A program made the position numbers and the translations under genes. A stretch of 64,000 nucleotides of DNA from a virus: the IMG/VR virus record IMGVR_UViG_3300027983_002388. The stretch is one strand, 5' to 3'. The notes below the pieces were generated by a model that was given only the letters and a program-made list of their open reading frames with translations, made no database searches and was not told the DNA's origin. Below, piece by piece: positions 46,652-56,364 of the stretch; the first letter of the stretch is position 1, and every line of letters starts with the position of its first letter.

Positions 46652-47084
46652 TTTTTTCCTTTTTCTTCGGCTGCTTAGGATTATGGTGCATGATTATTTT
46701 TACTACGTCGTCTCTGTCGCACACATGAATATTGGGAATATCCGCATTGCCAAACATATTTTCAACTGAGTCTTCGGGGGAACCGAACATGGATTTCAAT
46801 AGATTGATGCCGATAAATTTGGCCTCATCCCGAAATCCAGGCATCATTGGATCATCATCTTCGGGTTCGTCGTTTTTGAGCTTGGCGAAAACCAAGCGAC
46901 TTTCTTCTGGTGCGCCGAATAAATCGTCGCCTTTTTTGAAGAATAGAATCATTCCGTGGCGATCCATTAGATCATGAATTGATTTCTCAGCTTCTTGTAA
47001 AACTAAGTTTTTGTCCCATAAATCCATAAGCTCCCGGAATTGTGAAAAGCCCGGTGATGGAGTATTGAAATAGTTATTGCTCAT
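46620..47084 (-). CDS. Hypothetical protein
   Basis: 154 aa ORF. Confidence 0.7.
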   Translation of the reverse strand: MSNNYFNTPSPGFSQFRELMDLWDKNLVLQEAEKSIHDLMDRHGMILFFKKGDDLFGAPEESRLVFAKLKNDEPEDDDPMMPGFRDEAKFIGINLLKSMFGSPEDSVENMFGNADIPNIHVCDRDDVVKIIMHHNPKQPKKKEKNATAVSKRRS

Positions 47085-47112
47085 TTAGTTCCCCCGGTTG
47101 ATATATACGAAT

Positions 47113-47634
47113 ATGACACGCACTTTACACGGCTTCCGAAAGTTTGTACTTGAAGACATGGACCCAACTCCAGATAAGTCTCGTAGTGTTGCTATGGGTT
47201 CAGGGGATGAAGATAAAGGAACTGAAGATTATTTCGGTGCCTTGGGCGACGAACAGGGAATTGAATGGAAAGACCTGACAAGGATATTCGAGGACGAACC
47301 TTGGGTTTCATCCCACTTTGGATTGGGAACTCCCAATAAAGAAGTTCTGTACAAGCTGTCGGCATGGGAAATAGTCAAGGGATCGCTCACGCCAAGAGGA
47401 GCAGACATACGATTGAAACCCCAGAAGGGAAATCGTAGTTATCTCTCAGGGAATAAGTTGAATAAATCTAAATACGAAGACACCAACCGTTATCACCTGG
47501 GTCGTCAAGAACTCATTAAGTTTCTGACCACAGGTTGGACGCCAGCAGCCCAAGGAGCGGGCGGTGGCATGGGAGCCGACCCAATGGGCGGCATGGGTGG
47601 TGGAATGCCAGGAGCAGCACCAGCCCCAATGTAA
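47113..47634 (+). CDS. Hypothetical phage protein with GM-rich tail
   Basis: GFRKFVLE N-terminus; TATATA upstream. Confidence 0.7.
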   Translation: MTRTLHGFRKFVLEDMDPTPDKSRSVAMGSGDEDKGTEDYFGALGDEQGIEWKDLTRIFEDEPWVSSHFGLGTPNKEVLYKLSAWEIVKGSLTPRGADIRLKPQKGNRSYLSGNKLNKSKYEDTNRYHLGRQELIKFLTTGWTPAAQGAGGGMGADPMGGMGGGMPGAAPAPM

Positions 47635-47645
47635 AAAGGAGAAAT

Positions 47646-47834
47646 ATGAAATTCAGAGATTGGTTGCAATTACAAGAAGTCGGGACTGGCAGTAACGCCG
47701 TCGCCGTATTTTCCCGCCCTGTTGGTATTGGCATGGTTCAAAGAGAACCAGTAGATATGATCGGCTTCCGTGACGAAGATCACAAGAAAAAACACAAGAA
47801 ACACAAAAAACAGGACGATCTTGACCACAAATAA
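47646..47834 (+). CDS. Small phage protein
   Basis: AGGAG RBS; MKFRDWLQLQE. Confidence 0.7.
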   Translation: MKFRDWLQLQEVGTGSNAVAVFSRPVGIGMVQREPVDMIGFRDEDHKKKHKKHKKQDDLDHK

Positions 47835-48033
47835 TGGTCTAGGTATGATGCTGTCTCGATTCGATATTATGCAGAGCAGAAATCGGCGATTCAGTGATCT
47901 AACTTGGTGACACACCACCAGCGGCCCCTGGAACGCCGAATGAAGTCTACACAGTAAGTCGATGGCTTCGAGGAGATTACCAGAAAAACACCACAGCTTC
48001 CTTTCTAGGGGCTGTTTTCATTTGGAGATGAGT

Positions 48034-48645
48034 ATGAAGTTCGCAGTGGTCACAGCTTGCGACGAAGGCTATGCCGACCTCCAGGAGCTTACCAGTCCTA
48101 CCATCACTGCTTATTGTGACTTACACGGCTATGATTGTTATGTCCATCGAATTGTTGAAAAAGAACGACCAGCAGCTTGGTATAAGATCAAAGAAGTTTT
48201 GAAGGCATTTGAAACCGGCGTGGAATTCGTACTTTGGATTGACACCGACGCCATAGTTGTCAATAATAAATTCAGGCTAGAAGACATTGCGGAAGATGGG
48301 AAGGACTTCTATTTCGCCTGCAATTGGGCCGCAATGAACAGTGGCGTATTCATGATGCGAAACACGCAATTGAATAAGGATTTCCTCAACCTCGTTTGGC
48401 AGCACGATCAATTCATCAATGATGGTTGGTGGGAGCAACGAGCCATCATTCACTTGCTGGAACTGCAAGTTTATCCCGAAGAAAAGATCAAAGAAATTCC
48501 TGCTGTCGATTTTAATTCGGAAGAATATTTCAGCTTTTCTTTCATTCATCACCTGCCGCAAGTCTCTAAAGTTGAACGCATGAAGATATTTCGCAAAATA
48601 CTATCAAAGGGCATAAATGGCAAAATCAAACAAGACAAAACATGA
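48034..48645 (+). CDS. GT34 (MNN10/GMA12-like) glycosyltransferase
   Basis: WYKI, WIDTDA, MNSGVFMMRN, WEQ. Confidence 0.85.
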   Translation: MKFAVVTACDEGYADLQELTSPTITAYCDLHGYDCYVHRIVEKERPAAWYKIKEVLKAFETGVEFVLWIDTDAIVVNNKFRLEDIAEDGKDFYFACNWAAMNSGVFMMRNTQLNKDFLNLVWQHDQFINDGWWEQRAIIHLLELQVYPEEKIKEIPAVDFNSEEYFSFSFIHHLPQVSKVERMKIFRKILSKGINGKIKQDKT

Positions 48646-48742
48646 AGACATAGTTTTGGCAAATTTAGATTTGTTGAAGACGCTGCCTAATTTAGATTTT
48701 TATGGATTTTCACTGGTCAATACTACTTGAAAGATAATACAG

Positions 48743-49654
48743 ATGTATGATGTGATGAACAATATTCCTGACCGAATGATTAAGTGTCTGGATAAAGGTT
48801 TTGTTGAACTTGTGGATGTAATGCCCCGTCTAGTTCCAGAAGAAACTAAAACGGCAGATTTTGCCATTGTTCAGGCGGCAAGAGTCTCCTATGGAAACGG
48901 CACAAAAACCGTCAATGAAGATCGTGGGCTTATTAGATATTTACTTCGCCACTCTCACACGACGCCAATAGAAATGGTGGAATTCAAGTTCCATGCAAAG
49001 ATGCCAATTTTTGTTGCCAGACAGTGGATTCGACATCGGATGAGTTCAACCAACGAATATAGTGGTAGATATTCGGTCATGAAGGATGAATTTTACATTC
49101 CTGATATAGACAATATCCGGCAGCAGTCCAAGACGAATAAGCAGGGCGGCGATCAGCAAATGTCTACGATGGATGCCCAGGGTTTCCTGGATGTTCTTAA
49201 TGAAACGTGTGACAATGCCTATGCTACTTATCAGGAGTACATCGAAAAAGGCGTGGCTCGTGAGGAAGCAAGAATGATTTTGCCAGTTAACAACTATACC
49301 GAGTGGTATTGGAAAATTGACCTTCACAATCTGTTTCATTTCCTTGCTTTGCGATGCGATAAGCACGCTCAGATGGAAATTCGAGTATTCGCTGATGCAA
49401 TGCTCGAATTGATCGAGCCAATAGTTCCTGTTACGGTAGAAGCCTGGAATGACTATCACGATCATCGTGGTGCGATTAAGCTCACCAGATTAGAAATCGA
49501 AGCATTGAAAAAATCACTTTCTGTTCAACCTGCGGAAGTTGCTGCTGAAGGATGTGTTCAATTTTTTCAAATTGACTCAGATAACAAACGTGAACAAGCA
49601 GAATGGATGGATAAGGCAATTAAATTGGGATTTATTGAAGTCTTGAAACCTTGA
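48743..49654 (+). CDS. thyX: FAD-dependent thymidylate synthase
   Basis: AARVSY, HTTPIE, RQWIRHR...NEYSGRY, LRCDKHAQMEIR. Confidence 0.96.
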   Translation: MYDVMNNIPDRMIKCLDKGFVELVDVMPRLVPEETKTADFAIVQAARVSYGNGTKTVNEDRGLIRYLLRHSHTTPIEMVEFKFHAKMPIFVARQWIRHRMSSTNEYSGRYSVMKDEFYIPDIDNIRQQSKTNKQGGDQQMSTMDAQGFLDVLNETCDNAYATYQEYIEKGVAREEARMILPVNNYTEWYWKIDLHNLFHFLALRCDKHAQMEIRVFADAMLELIEPIVPVTVEAWNDYHDHRGAIKLTRLEIEALKKSLSVQPAEVAAEGCVQFFQIDSDNKREQAEWMDKAIKLGFIEVLKP

Positions 49655-49669
49655 TTTTTTGAAGCCTTG

Positions 49670-49700
49670 AAAGCCCACAACAAAGTTGTGGGCTTTTTTT
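49670..49700 (+). terminator. Intrinsic terminator
   Basis: AAAGCCCACAA-caaag-TTGTGGGCTTTTTTT. Confidence 0.8.
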
Positions 49701-49721
49701 GTTGACATACTTACTTATGTT

Positions 49722-51149
49722 ATGAGCATATTAGAAAAATTCTTGAAGTTAGAAGCGATTAGTCCAGCAGTGAAAGTTGGCGTTATTGGGGACGCCATGA
49801 TCGATGAGTATTTCAATGTACGAGTCAAAAAGATTTCCCCGGAATTTCCCATTCCCGTCATGCACTCCAACACGGATAAATCCCAGGACTTTCCAGGTGG
49901 TGCAGCAAACGTCGTTTATCAATTCAAAAACTTTAATGCCAATGTCAATTTGATTTCCTTTACTGATGAGTCGGCAGATACAGCTTTGAGGATAAAAGGA
50001 ATCAATACTGCCATGTGCGTGAATATACTCACTCGTATTCCTCGAAAACGTAGATTTTATAGTGATGATTTTCCCACCTATAGGTGGGACGTAGAGGAGC
50101 CACACTATGGGTTGGGGTCTGATTTAGATAAGAAATGCTTTGAGCTTTACGAGAAGGCGCAACAGACAGCGGATCATTTTGATGTTCTAATATTTTCAGA
50201 TTATGACAAAGGTGTATTTTCTAAATATACAGATTTATTGATTCCTGAGTGTCCAATCACCATTGTTGATCCTAAATCTGGAGATTTGGATCGTTGGCGA
50301 GGTTGTACTATTTTCAAGCCAAATAAAGAAGAAGCACTTTCATTGTCCGGTTGCAGCAACGTCAATGAGGCTGGAGCCTATTTATTGAATAGGCTTAATT
50401 GTAAGGCTGTAATAATCACTCAAGCAGGACAGGGCGTTACTGTATTTGATGATCTTGGCACCTACGAGATTCGTCCAACTCAAGCACTCCTACCAGCCGA
50501 ATCGGTAATTGGTGCTGGCGATTGCTTTACTGCATTTTTGGCCATGTCATTAGGCTACAAGATAAAAATTCGAGAAGCTGCGGAGATTGCTTGGCGTGCA
50601 GGATCGTTGTACGTTAAGAATAGACACAACAAGCCATTATATCGAAGCGATATTTTGCATATATTTGACCCGACCGCAGGTAAAATTATTGACACACATC
50701 CAGAATTGGTATTTCAAAATAGAAAATACAAACTGGTATTCACGAATGGCTGTTTCGATATTCTTCATGCGGGTCATTTGGAAACGCTTCGATATGCACG
50801 AAGTCTGGGCGATAAGTTGGTTGTTGCTGTGAACACAGATGAAAGTGTCGCCAAGTTCAAGCCAGGACGCCCATTTGTTTCTCTCGATGATCGTATGCGA
50901 CTTTTAGCTGGATTGGAATTTGTAGATTTTGTCATCCCATTTGGTGAACCAACGCCTTTGGAAATTATCAAGCGAATTAAGCCAGATGTATTGGTAAAAG
51001 GCGGTGAATATAAAAAAGAAGATATTGTTGGTTACGGAATAGTGAACGAAGTAGTGACTGTTCCAATGATTGCTGGCCTATCCACAACCAATCTATTTAA
51101 AAAAATAAAGACCCAGATTGAATCTGAGTCTTTAACAAAAGATGATTAG
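49722..51149 (+). CDS. hldE: Bifunctional heptose 7-phosphate kinase / heptose 1-phosphate adenylyltransferase
   Basis: GDAMID, ISPE.PIPV, GGAANV, SDYDKG, GAGD, NGCFDILHAGH, KGGEY. Confidence 0.93.
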   Translation: MSILEKFLKLEAISPAVKVGVIGDAMIDEYFNVRVKKISPEFPIPVMHSNTDKSQDFPGGAANVVYQFKNFNANVNLISFTDESADTALRIKGINTAMCVNILTRIPRKRRFYSDDFPTYRWDVEEPHYGLGSDLDKKCFELYEKAQQTADHFDVLIFSDYDKGVFSKYTDLLIPECPITIVDPKSGDLDRWRGCTIFKPNKEEALSLSGCSNVNEAGAYLLNRLNCKAVIITQAGQGVTVFDDLGTYEIRPTQALLPAESVIGAGDCFTAFLAMSLGYKIKIREAAEIAWRAGSLYVKNRHNKPLYRSDILHIFDPTAGKIIDTHPELVFQNRKYKLVFTNGCFDILHAGHLETLRYARSLGDKLVVAVNTDESVAKFKPGRPFVSLDDRMRLLAGLEFVDFVIPFGEPTPLEIIKRIKPDVLVKGGEYKKEDIVGYGIVNEVVTVPMIAGLSTTNLFKKIKTQIESESLTKDD

Positions 51150-51165
51150 CCGAGTAAGTGCAAAG

Positions 51166-51483
51166 TTACTTATCACATTTTGCACAGGTGCGGGCATCGC
51201 AGCACTTTTTATCGGGACCACAGTTGCATTCAAGACAATTGCAACCTTCGGCTCCGCAGGCACATCTGACGCCGCACTTGCATTTATCACAGCACTTGCC
51301 ATCACATTTGCAGCAGCAGTCCTTGCAACAAAGACACCCGCAATCACAAGATGTGCAGGCACGCCCGCAATCACAAGACTTGCATTCGTGCTTTTTACAA
51401 GGGAAACCAAGACCAAGACAGATCAAGCCAGCGGCTAATATACCAGCCAGCGATCCAAGAAACGCTCCAATAAAACACTTCAT
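51166..51483 (-). CDS. Metallothionein-like Cys-rich protein with hydrophobic leader
   Basis: GGAG RBS; C-terminal ~75 aa made of CxC/CC repeats. Confidence 0.6.
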   Translation of the reverse strand: MKCFIGAFLGSLAGILAAGLICLGLGFPCKKHECKSCDCGRACTSCDCGCLCCKDCCCKCDGKCCDKCKCGVRCACGAEGCNCLECNCGPDKKCCDARTCAKCDK

Positions 51484-51541
51484 GGGTAATACTCCTAAGT
51501 TGATGTTTATCCTTCAGTAGATATGATTCTATGGAGGAAAT

Positions 51542-51820
51542 ATGGCACGGCGAAAACTGACGATAAACAAGATTGCAAAGAAACATTGCGACGGCAAGTG
51601 TTACTTTTGTCCGTGTGATACTTACGACCTCTTAGACGTTCACCGTATCATCGAAGGATCGCAGGGCGGAAAGTATACGGACTTTAATACGATCACCGTA
51701 TGTAGCTTGTGTCATCGTAAAATCCATGCTGGTTTGATTCGCATTGATCGTAAGTATTTTTCTACCGCTGGCAGGTGGATGCTTCATCATTGGATTGGCG
51801 ATGAAGAAAAATGGTCTTAA
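51542..51820 (+). CDS. Small HNH-like nuclease
   Basis: CYFC, DVHRI, GGKY...NTITVCSLCHRKIH. Confidence 0.8.
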   Translation: MARRKLTINKIAKKHCDGKCYFCPCDTYDLLDVHRIIEGSQGGKYTDFNTITVCSLCHRKIHAGLIRIDRKYFSTAGRWMLHHWIGDEEKWS

Positions 51821-52089
51821 CGTGCGCCAAGTTGTTTTGCGGCATCTGGACCACCGAGGTAAGCACCTACAGCGCCAGCAGCAGTTGGGTCTTTCTGGAC
51901 CAGTTTTTCTACATTGGCATCTTGTGTTAGGGCTTGCTTAATCACTGGCACTGGAGTCAATCCAGGAAGAACTTTAGGGTTCTTTTTTGCAACCATATTC
52001 CCAACATCGGCTATTTTGTTGCTGATTGAGGGCGATGATTCATCAAACGCTCTATCTCGTTCTGCTGCGAATTCTTTGAATGTCTTCAT
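51817..52089 (-). CDS. Probable internal head protein
   Basis: N-terminus MKTFKEFAAE resembles the T4 capsid-targeting sequence MKTYQEFIAE; TAAATA upstream. Confidence 0.65.
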   Translation of the reverse strand: MKTFKEFAAERDRAFDESSPSISNKIADVGNMVAKKNPKVLPGLTPVPVIKQALTQDANVEKLVQKDPTAAGAVGAYLGGPDAAKQLGAR

Positions 52090-52144
52090 ATTTCTATTTA
52101 CTCCTCAGCAATCAATTTTGGCTGAACATCATACATAGTGTAGT

Positions 52145-52339
52145 ATGATGACATTCCTTCAATATTTGAACGAGCAAGAGAAGCGTGTAAAGCTCTACGG
52201 CATGGGTACGGGACATTCTCCCGGCAAGATGTTTAGTGTTGTGAATCCAGCTAAACCAGCCAAGCCGATTTTTACGGGCCTAAATGTCAATACCATCCAT
52301 CCAGTCCCAAGAAATGGAAAACCAGTTAAGGGATTGTGA
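52145..52339 (+). CDS. Small phage protein
   Basis: MMTFLQYLNE; TACATA upstream. Confidence 0.6.
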   Translation: MMTFLQYLNEQEKRVKLYGMGTGHSPGKMFSVVNPAKPAKPIFTGLNVNTIHPVPRNGKPVKGL

Positions 52340-52371
52340 TGAAGCGTGCGAGTCGTTAACTCTATTATGGC

Positions 52372-52953
52372 ATGACAATATCATCGACCGGAGACGGTCT
52401 GAATATTTTGATCGCTTGCGATTATCTGCCGCACCATAATTGGATGTCTTTTTTGTGTTGGTATTCACTAACCAAAAATCTACCCGATGCGAAGGTTTTC
52501 GTTGCATCTCACCGCAGGTTGATGAAGCACGATCTATTTATTTGGACCCGCAAATGTAAAATTCCCTTTATCCTTCACAAAGAATCTGACGAAGCGGGCC
52601 AAATTCAAGCCGCACTCGATTACGGTGTATCCAAACCACTGTTGGTCGTATCACCAGATTCTCTTTGTGTGAGAGATTTTGATGAGGCGGGATTTTCACC
52701 AGAATCACTCTCTGAAATAGGGAAGCTAGATGCGGAGCTATCTTGTGATTGCAAAGAGGCTCGTTCGTGTCCTTTCGTGACATATTCAAATGGCTGGGGT
52801 AAGTTTGTTACATCCTCATGGATAAATAAGATGAGTAGCCCCTTTTTGTTTGGTGTTAAGTATAGCCAAGGCGATTTAACGGCTAACGAACTGAGGATTG
52901 GGCGGCTTTGGAGCGCAGCAACTCCCTTATTTTTAACCGTATCAAGAGGATAA
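52372..52953 (+). CDS. Hypothetical protein
   Basis: 193 aa ORF. Confidence 0.7.
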   Translation: MTISSTGDGLNILIACDYLPHHNWMSFLCWYSLTKNLPDAKVFVASHRRLMKHDLFIWTRKCKIPFILHKESDEAGQIQAALDYGVSKPLLVVSPDSLCVRDFDEAGFSPESLSEIGKLDAELSCDCKEARSCPFVTYSNGWGKFVTSSWINKMSSPFLFGVKYSQGDLTANELRIGRLWSAATPLFLTVSRG

Positions 52954-52954
52954 T

Positions 52955-53251
52955 ATGAGAAGGTTCAATTACGACGACAACGAAGAATATCGTGAGGACG
53001 TAGACAAATTCTTTAGTGAAGAAGGCGAAGGCGACCTCAGCGATGAGCAATACAAAGCCATCATGGAAGAAGAAAGGGCAATTCAACAATTGCAAATTCG
53101 GTTTGTCCATCGTGACTTGAATCACCGTATTCTTAGAACTGCCATTCGTGCCTGTGAAAAATCAATTTGGTGGCGGTTTTGCCGACATACTACTAAATTA
53201 AAAATGATAGATGCGACTTACAAGCAACTTAGAAAGCTAGAGGAAGAATAA
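52955..53251 (+). CDS. Hypothetical protein
   Basis: GAGG RBS, coupled ORF. Confidence 0.7.
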   Translation: MRRFNYDDNEEYREDVDKFFSEEGEGDLSDEQYKAIMEEERAIQQLQIRFVHRDLNHRILRTAIRACEKSIWWRFCRHTTKLKMIDATYKQLRKLEEE

Positions 53252-53586
53252 TGCCACGTTACGATTTTGAATGCAAGAAGTGCAAGAAGGTGTACGAAGA
53301 GTTGGTCCCCTACGATGAAACCAATAAATACAAAGGGGTTCAGTGTCCTGATTGTGGATGTAAGCGTAAAGAAAAGCTGGTTTCAGCTTGTAGTTTTATG
53401 TTTTCAAATCCTGAAGGTACTGACCGTTGGAATAGTTCATCGTCGGGACATGACTATCGGTTCCACCATAATTTGCCCAAGGTTATTGCTGAAAGACAAG
53501 CAGCAGAGGAACATGGTGGCAATGCCGAACCATACAACTCAATAAACGACCTTGAAAGCAATGACTCGTGGGGCGAAGCGAAATAA
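53251..53586 (+). CDS. FmdB-family zinc ribbon protein
   Basis: MPRYDFECKKC...CPDCG..KLVS. Confidence 0.85.
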   Translation: MPRYDFECKKCKKVYEELVPYDETNKYKGVQCPDCGCKRKEKLVSACSFMFSNPEGTDRWNSSSSGHDYRFHHNLPKVIAERQAAEEHGGNAEPYNSINDLESNDSWGEAK

Positions 53587-53592
53587 AAAGAA

Positions 53593-53630
53593 AAGAAAAA
53601 GTCCAGGATTATCGTCCTGGACTTTTTCTT
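53593..53630 (+). terminator. Intrinsic terminator
   Basis: AAGAAAAAGTCCAGGA-ttatcg-TCCTGGACTTTTTCTT. Confidence 0.8.
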
Positions 53631-53776
53631 TGTCATATCCTCTCTTATAATCCAAGAAGACACCTGTTGAATATCTTGAACATTTTTCAAGATTAGTATT
53701 TTGGGTCTTGAACGAGAAATATTCAGCGGCTATATTCCATCTTGCTCGTACCGGATATATGCTCCTTGGAGGAAAA

Positions 53777-55855
53777 ATGACAACAACCCTGAAGAAAGCA
53801 ATTGGCAACTTTAACCGAAATCAATTCCGTGCGTTGCACGCCGAAATGACTTTCGGGGAGTATCTGGAGCTTTGTTACAAGCAGCCGTTTCTGCTTCGCA
53901 ACGCTTGGCAGACACTTTATGACATGATTATGGAGAAGGGTTCCGGTACGACTGAAGAGTACCGAAAAACCTATACCAACTATTACTTCTTCGATGATCC
54001 AGATTATCCAATCATTGGTTTAACGCCAATGAAGGACGCCCTGGTCAAGTTCATCAAGGGAGCCGCTGGTGGCTACGGAACAGAACGCCGTATTCTTTTG
54101 CTGCACGGTCCTGTTGGTAGCTCGAAGTCAACGCTGTGTCGCTTGCTCAAGCGAAGCATGGAGAAGTTCTCCCGCACAGACCAAGGAGCATGGTACTCCT
54201 ACAAGTGGGTCAATCTACCAACTGGTGTAGATGGTGTGTACACAGAAGCAGAATGTCCTTGCCCGATGCACGAGCAGCCTCTCAAGTTGCTTCCAGTCGA
54301 AGTTCGTCAACCTATTATTGATGAATTGAATCGTATTTTTGAGGAGATTTCTCCTGAAGAACGGCAGCAAGACCTTTATACGCTGCGTTGTGCAGATGAG
54401 TTGAATCCGCTGTGTAATAAGTTCATGACTTATTTCTTGAAGAAGTATGATGGCGACCTGGAGCAAGTGCTTGAGAAGCACATCAGGGTTGTTCGTAAGG
54501 TCTACAGCGAAGCGGATCGTTGCGGTATTGCAACCTTCCAGCCGAAGGACGAGAAGAATCAGGACAGCACCGAACTTACTGGTGACATCAACTTCCGTCA
54601 GATCGGCAACTTTGGTTCCGACTCCGATCCACGAGCCTTCTCCTTTGATGGTGAATTCTGTGTCGGAAATCGTGGCATCATCGAGTTTATCGAAGCCCTG
54701 AAGCTCGATACTGCGTTCTTGTACGACCTCTTGGGTGCCTCGCAAGAGCAAAGCATCAAGCCGAAGAAGTTCTCTCAGGTCAGTATTGATGAAGCGATCA
54801 TAGCTCACACAAACGACCCAGAATTCCAGAAACTCAAGAGTAATCAGTACATGGAAGCATTCCGTGACCGTACCACCAAGATCGACGTTCCTTACACCCT
54901 CAAGTGGTCTGAAGAACTCCGCATTTTGGAGAAGGATTATGGTCCTGGCAAGGTGAAGCAGCATATTGCTCCTCACACATTGGAAATTGCTGCTCTGTGG
55001 AGTGTATTGACCCGTTTGGCCGACGACAAGGATGGCAAAATTTCTTTGATCGAGAAGGCCGAACTGTATGACAACAAGCTATTGGCTGGTTGGACAGAAG
55101 ATGCCGTCAAGGAAATGAAGGATAAGTATCCTGATGAGGGTATGCAGGGCGGTGTGTCCGTGCGATACCTTCAGGATAAGATTTCCAATTGCTTGGCCAA
55201 TAACCATGACTATGTGAATATGTTCATGGTGTTGAATGAACTCCGGGATGGGCTGGAACATTCTTCTCTATTGTCCAACAAGGAACAGGTCGGTCGTTAC
55301 ATCTCCTGCATCGACTTGGCTCTCAAGAAGCTGACCGAAATCTTGAAGGCTGAGGTACAGAAGGCTCTTGTGGGCGACGAAGACGCAATCATTCGGCTTT
55401 GCACGAACTATATCGACAACGTGATGGCATTCATCAATAAGTCGAAGATGAAAGACCCAATCACGGGTCAAGACCGCAAGCCGGATGAGCGACTGATGCG
55501 ACAGATTGAAGAGAAGATTCAAATCCCGGATACGGGCTGTGAAGACTTCCGCCGTCAGATCGCAGCGTTCATCGGTGATTTGGCTCACAAGGGCAAGCAG
55601 TTCCGCTGGGACAGCAATCCTAAGCTCCGCAAGGCTCTCGAAGCCAAGCTGTTCGAGGACGTTAAGGACACCATCAAGCTGAGTGCCTTGAACGTCAGTG
55701 GTGCAACAGTTGTGGATAAGGACATTCAGGAAAAGATCGACGCTATCAAGACCCGGCTCATCAAGCAATACGGGTATAACGAGCGGTCGGCAACTGATGT
55801 TCTGGACTTCGTGGGCGGCATCTTCGCCCGTGGCGATTTGGCCGAAGATGACTAA
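53777..55855 (+). CDS. prkA: PrkA/YeaG AAA+ protein (serine kinase family)
   Basis: LLHGPVGSSKS, CPMHEQPL, FQPKDEKNQD, SDPRAFSFDGE, NRGIIEF, EAFRDR; start after GGAGG. Confidence 0.95.
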   Translation: MTTTLKKAIGNFNRNQFRALHAEMTFGEYLELCYKQPFLLRNAWQTLYDMIMEKGSGTTEEYRKTYTNYYFFDDPDYPIIGLTPMKDALVKFIKGAAGGYGTERRILLLHGPVGSSKSTLCRLLKRSMEKFSRTDQGAWYSYKWVNLPTGVDGVYTEAECPCPMHEQPLKLLPVEVRQPIIDELNRIFEEISPEERQQDLYTLRCADELNPLCNKFMTYFLKKYDGDLEQVLEKHIRVVRKVYSEADRCGIATFQPKDEKNQDSTELTGDINFRQIGNFGSDSDPRAFSFDGEFCVGNRGIIEFIEALKLDTAFLYDLLGASQEQSIKPKKFSQVSIDEAIIAHTNDPEFQKLKSNQYMEAFRDRTTKIDVPYTLKWSEELRILEKDYGPGKVKQHIAPHTLEIAALWSVLTRLADDKDGKISLIEKAELYDNKLLAGWTEDAVKEMKDKYPDEGMQGGVSVRYLQDKISNCLANNHDYVNMFMVLNELRDGLEHSSLLSNKEQVGRYISCIDLALKKLTEILKAEVQKALVGDEDAIIRLCTNYIDNVMAFINKSKMKDPITGQDRKPDERLMRQIEEKIQIPDTGCEDFRRQIAAFIGDLAHKGKQFRWDSNPKLRKALEAKLFEDVKDTIKLSALNVSGATVVDKDIQEKIDAIKTRLIKQYGYNERSATDVLDFVGGIFARGDLAEDD

Positions 55856-55874
55856 TCTCGTCTGAGGGTTTAAT

Positions 55875-55900
55875 GGGATGGATTCACAAGAGTCCATCCC
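55875..55900 (+). terminator. Hairpin after prkA
   Basis: GGGATGGATTC-acaa-GAGTCCATCCC. Confidence 0.6.
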
Positions 55901-55945
55901 CTTCTCTCATTTCATTTTTAACTCATTTAATTTTTAGGCAATCTC

Positions 55946-56146
55946 ATGAATAATCATTGGCTAGAATCAAAGAGAAACAAAGATAGCGACAATTTTGGTA
56001 TCGCTGGCAACATAAAGTTTATCATCGATGGCAAAGAAATGATAGCAATGAATAAGGATGGTTTTTATATTGAAGGACGTTTGGTCAAGAACGATTTGAA
56101 AATATACGAAGCGTTTAAGAGTTTTATTGGACGATCTCATGAATAA
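55946..56146 (+). CDS. Small hypothetical protein
   Basis: ORF starting MNNHWL. Confidence 0.55.
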   Translation: MNNHWLESKRNKDSDNFGIAGNIKFIIDGKEMIAMNKDGFYIEGRLVKNDLKIYEAFKSFIGRSHE

Positions 56147-56354
56147 CCATTGGCTTGATTGCGCCAAGAAAAAACAATTGTTCAAAGAGATAGACGAAAT
56201 CGGTCTTGAAGTATGGGGCGAAGATGGCACCTTGGGTGACTTGTTTGCTTCTCTCAATGATGAACAAATAGACTTCTTGATGAATATGCTTGTTCGAGAT
56301 TTCATGACTGACCCAGACGATATGTCATTCGGCGTAGAACTGATCGCACCCTAA
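56139..56354 (+). CDS. Small hypothetical protein
   Basis: ORF also starting MNNHWL. Confidence 0.55.
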   Translation: MNNHWLDCAKKKQLFKEIDEIGLEVWGEDGTLGDLFASLNDEQIDFLMNMLVRDFMTDPDDMSFGVELIAP

Positions 56355-56364
56355 AGGATTCAGT

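Noticed and set aside
51142..51520. Plus-strand ORFs overlapping the Cys-rich gene
   Set aside because: Low-complexity antisense readings; the minus-strand ORF has the RBS and a signal-like leader
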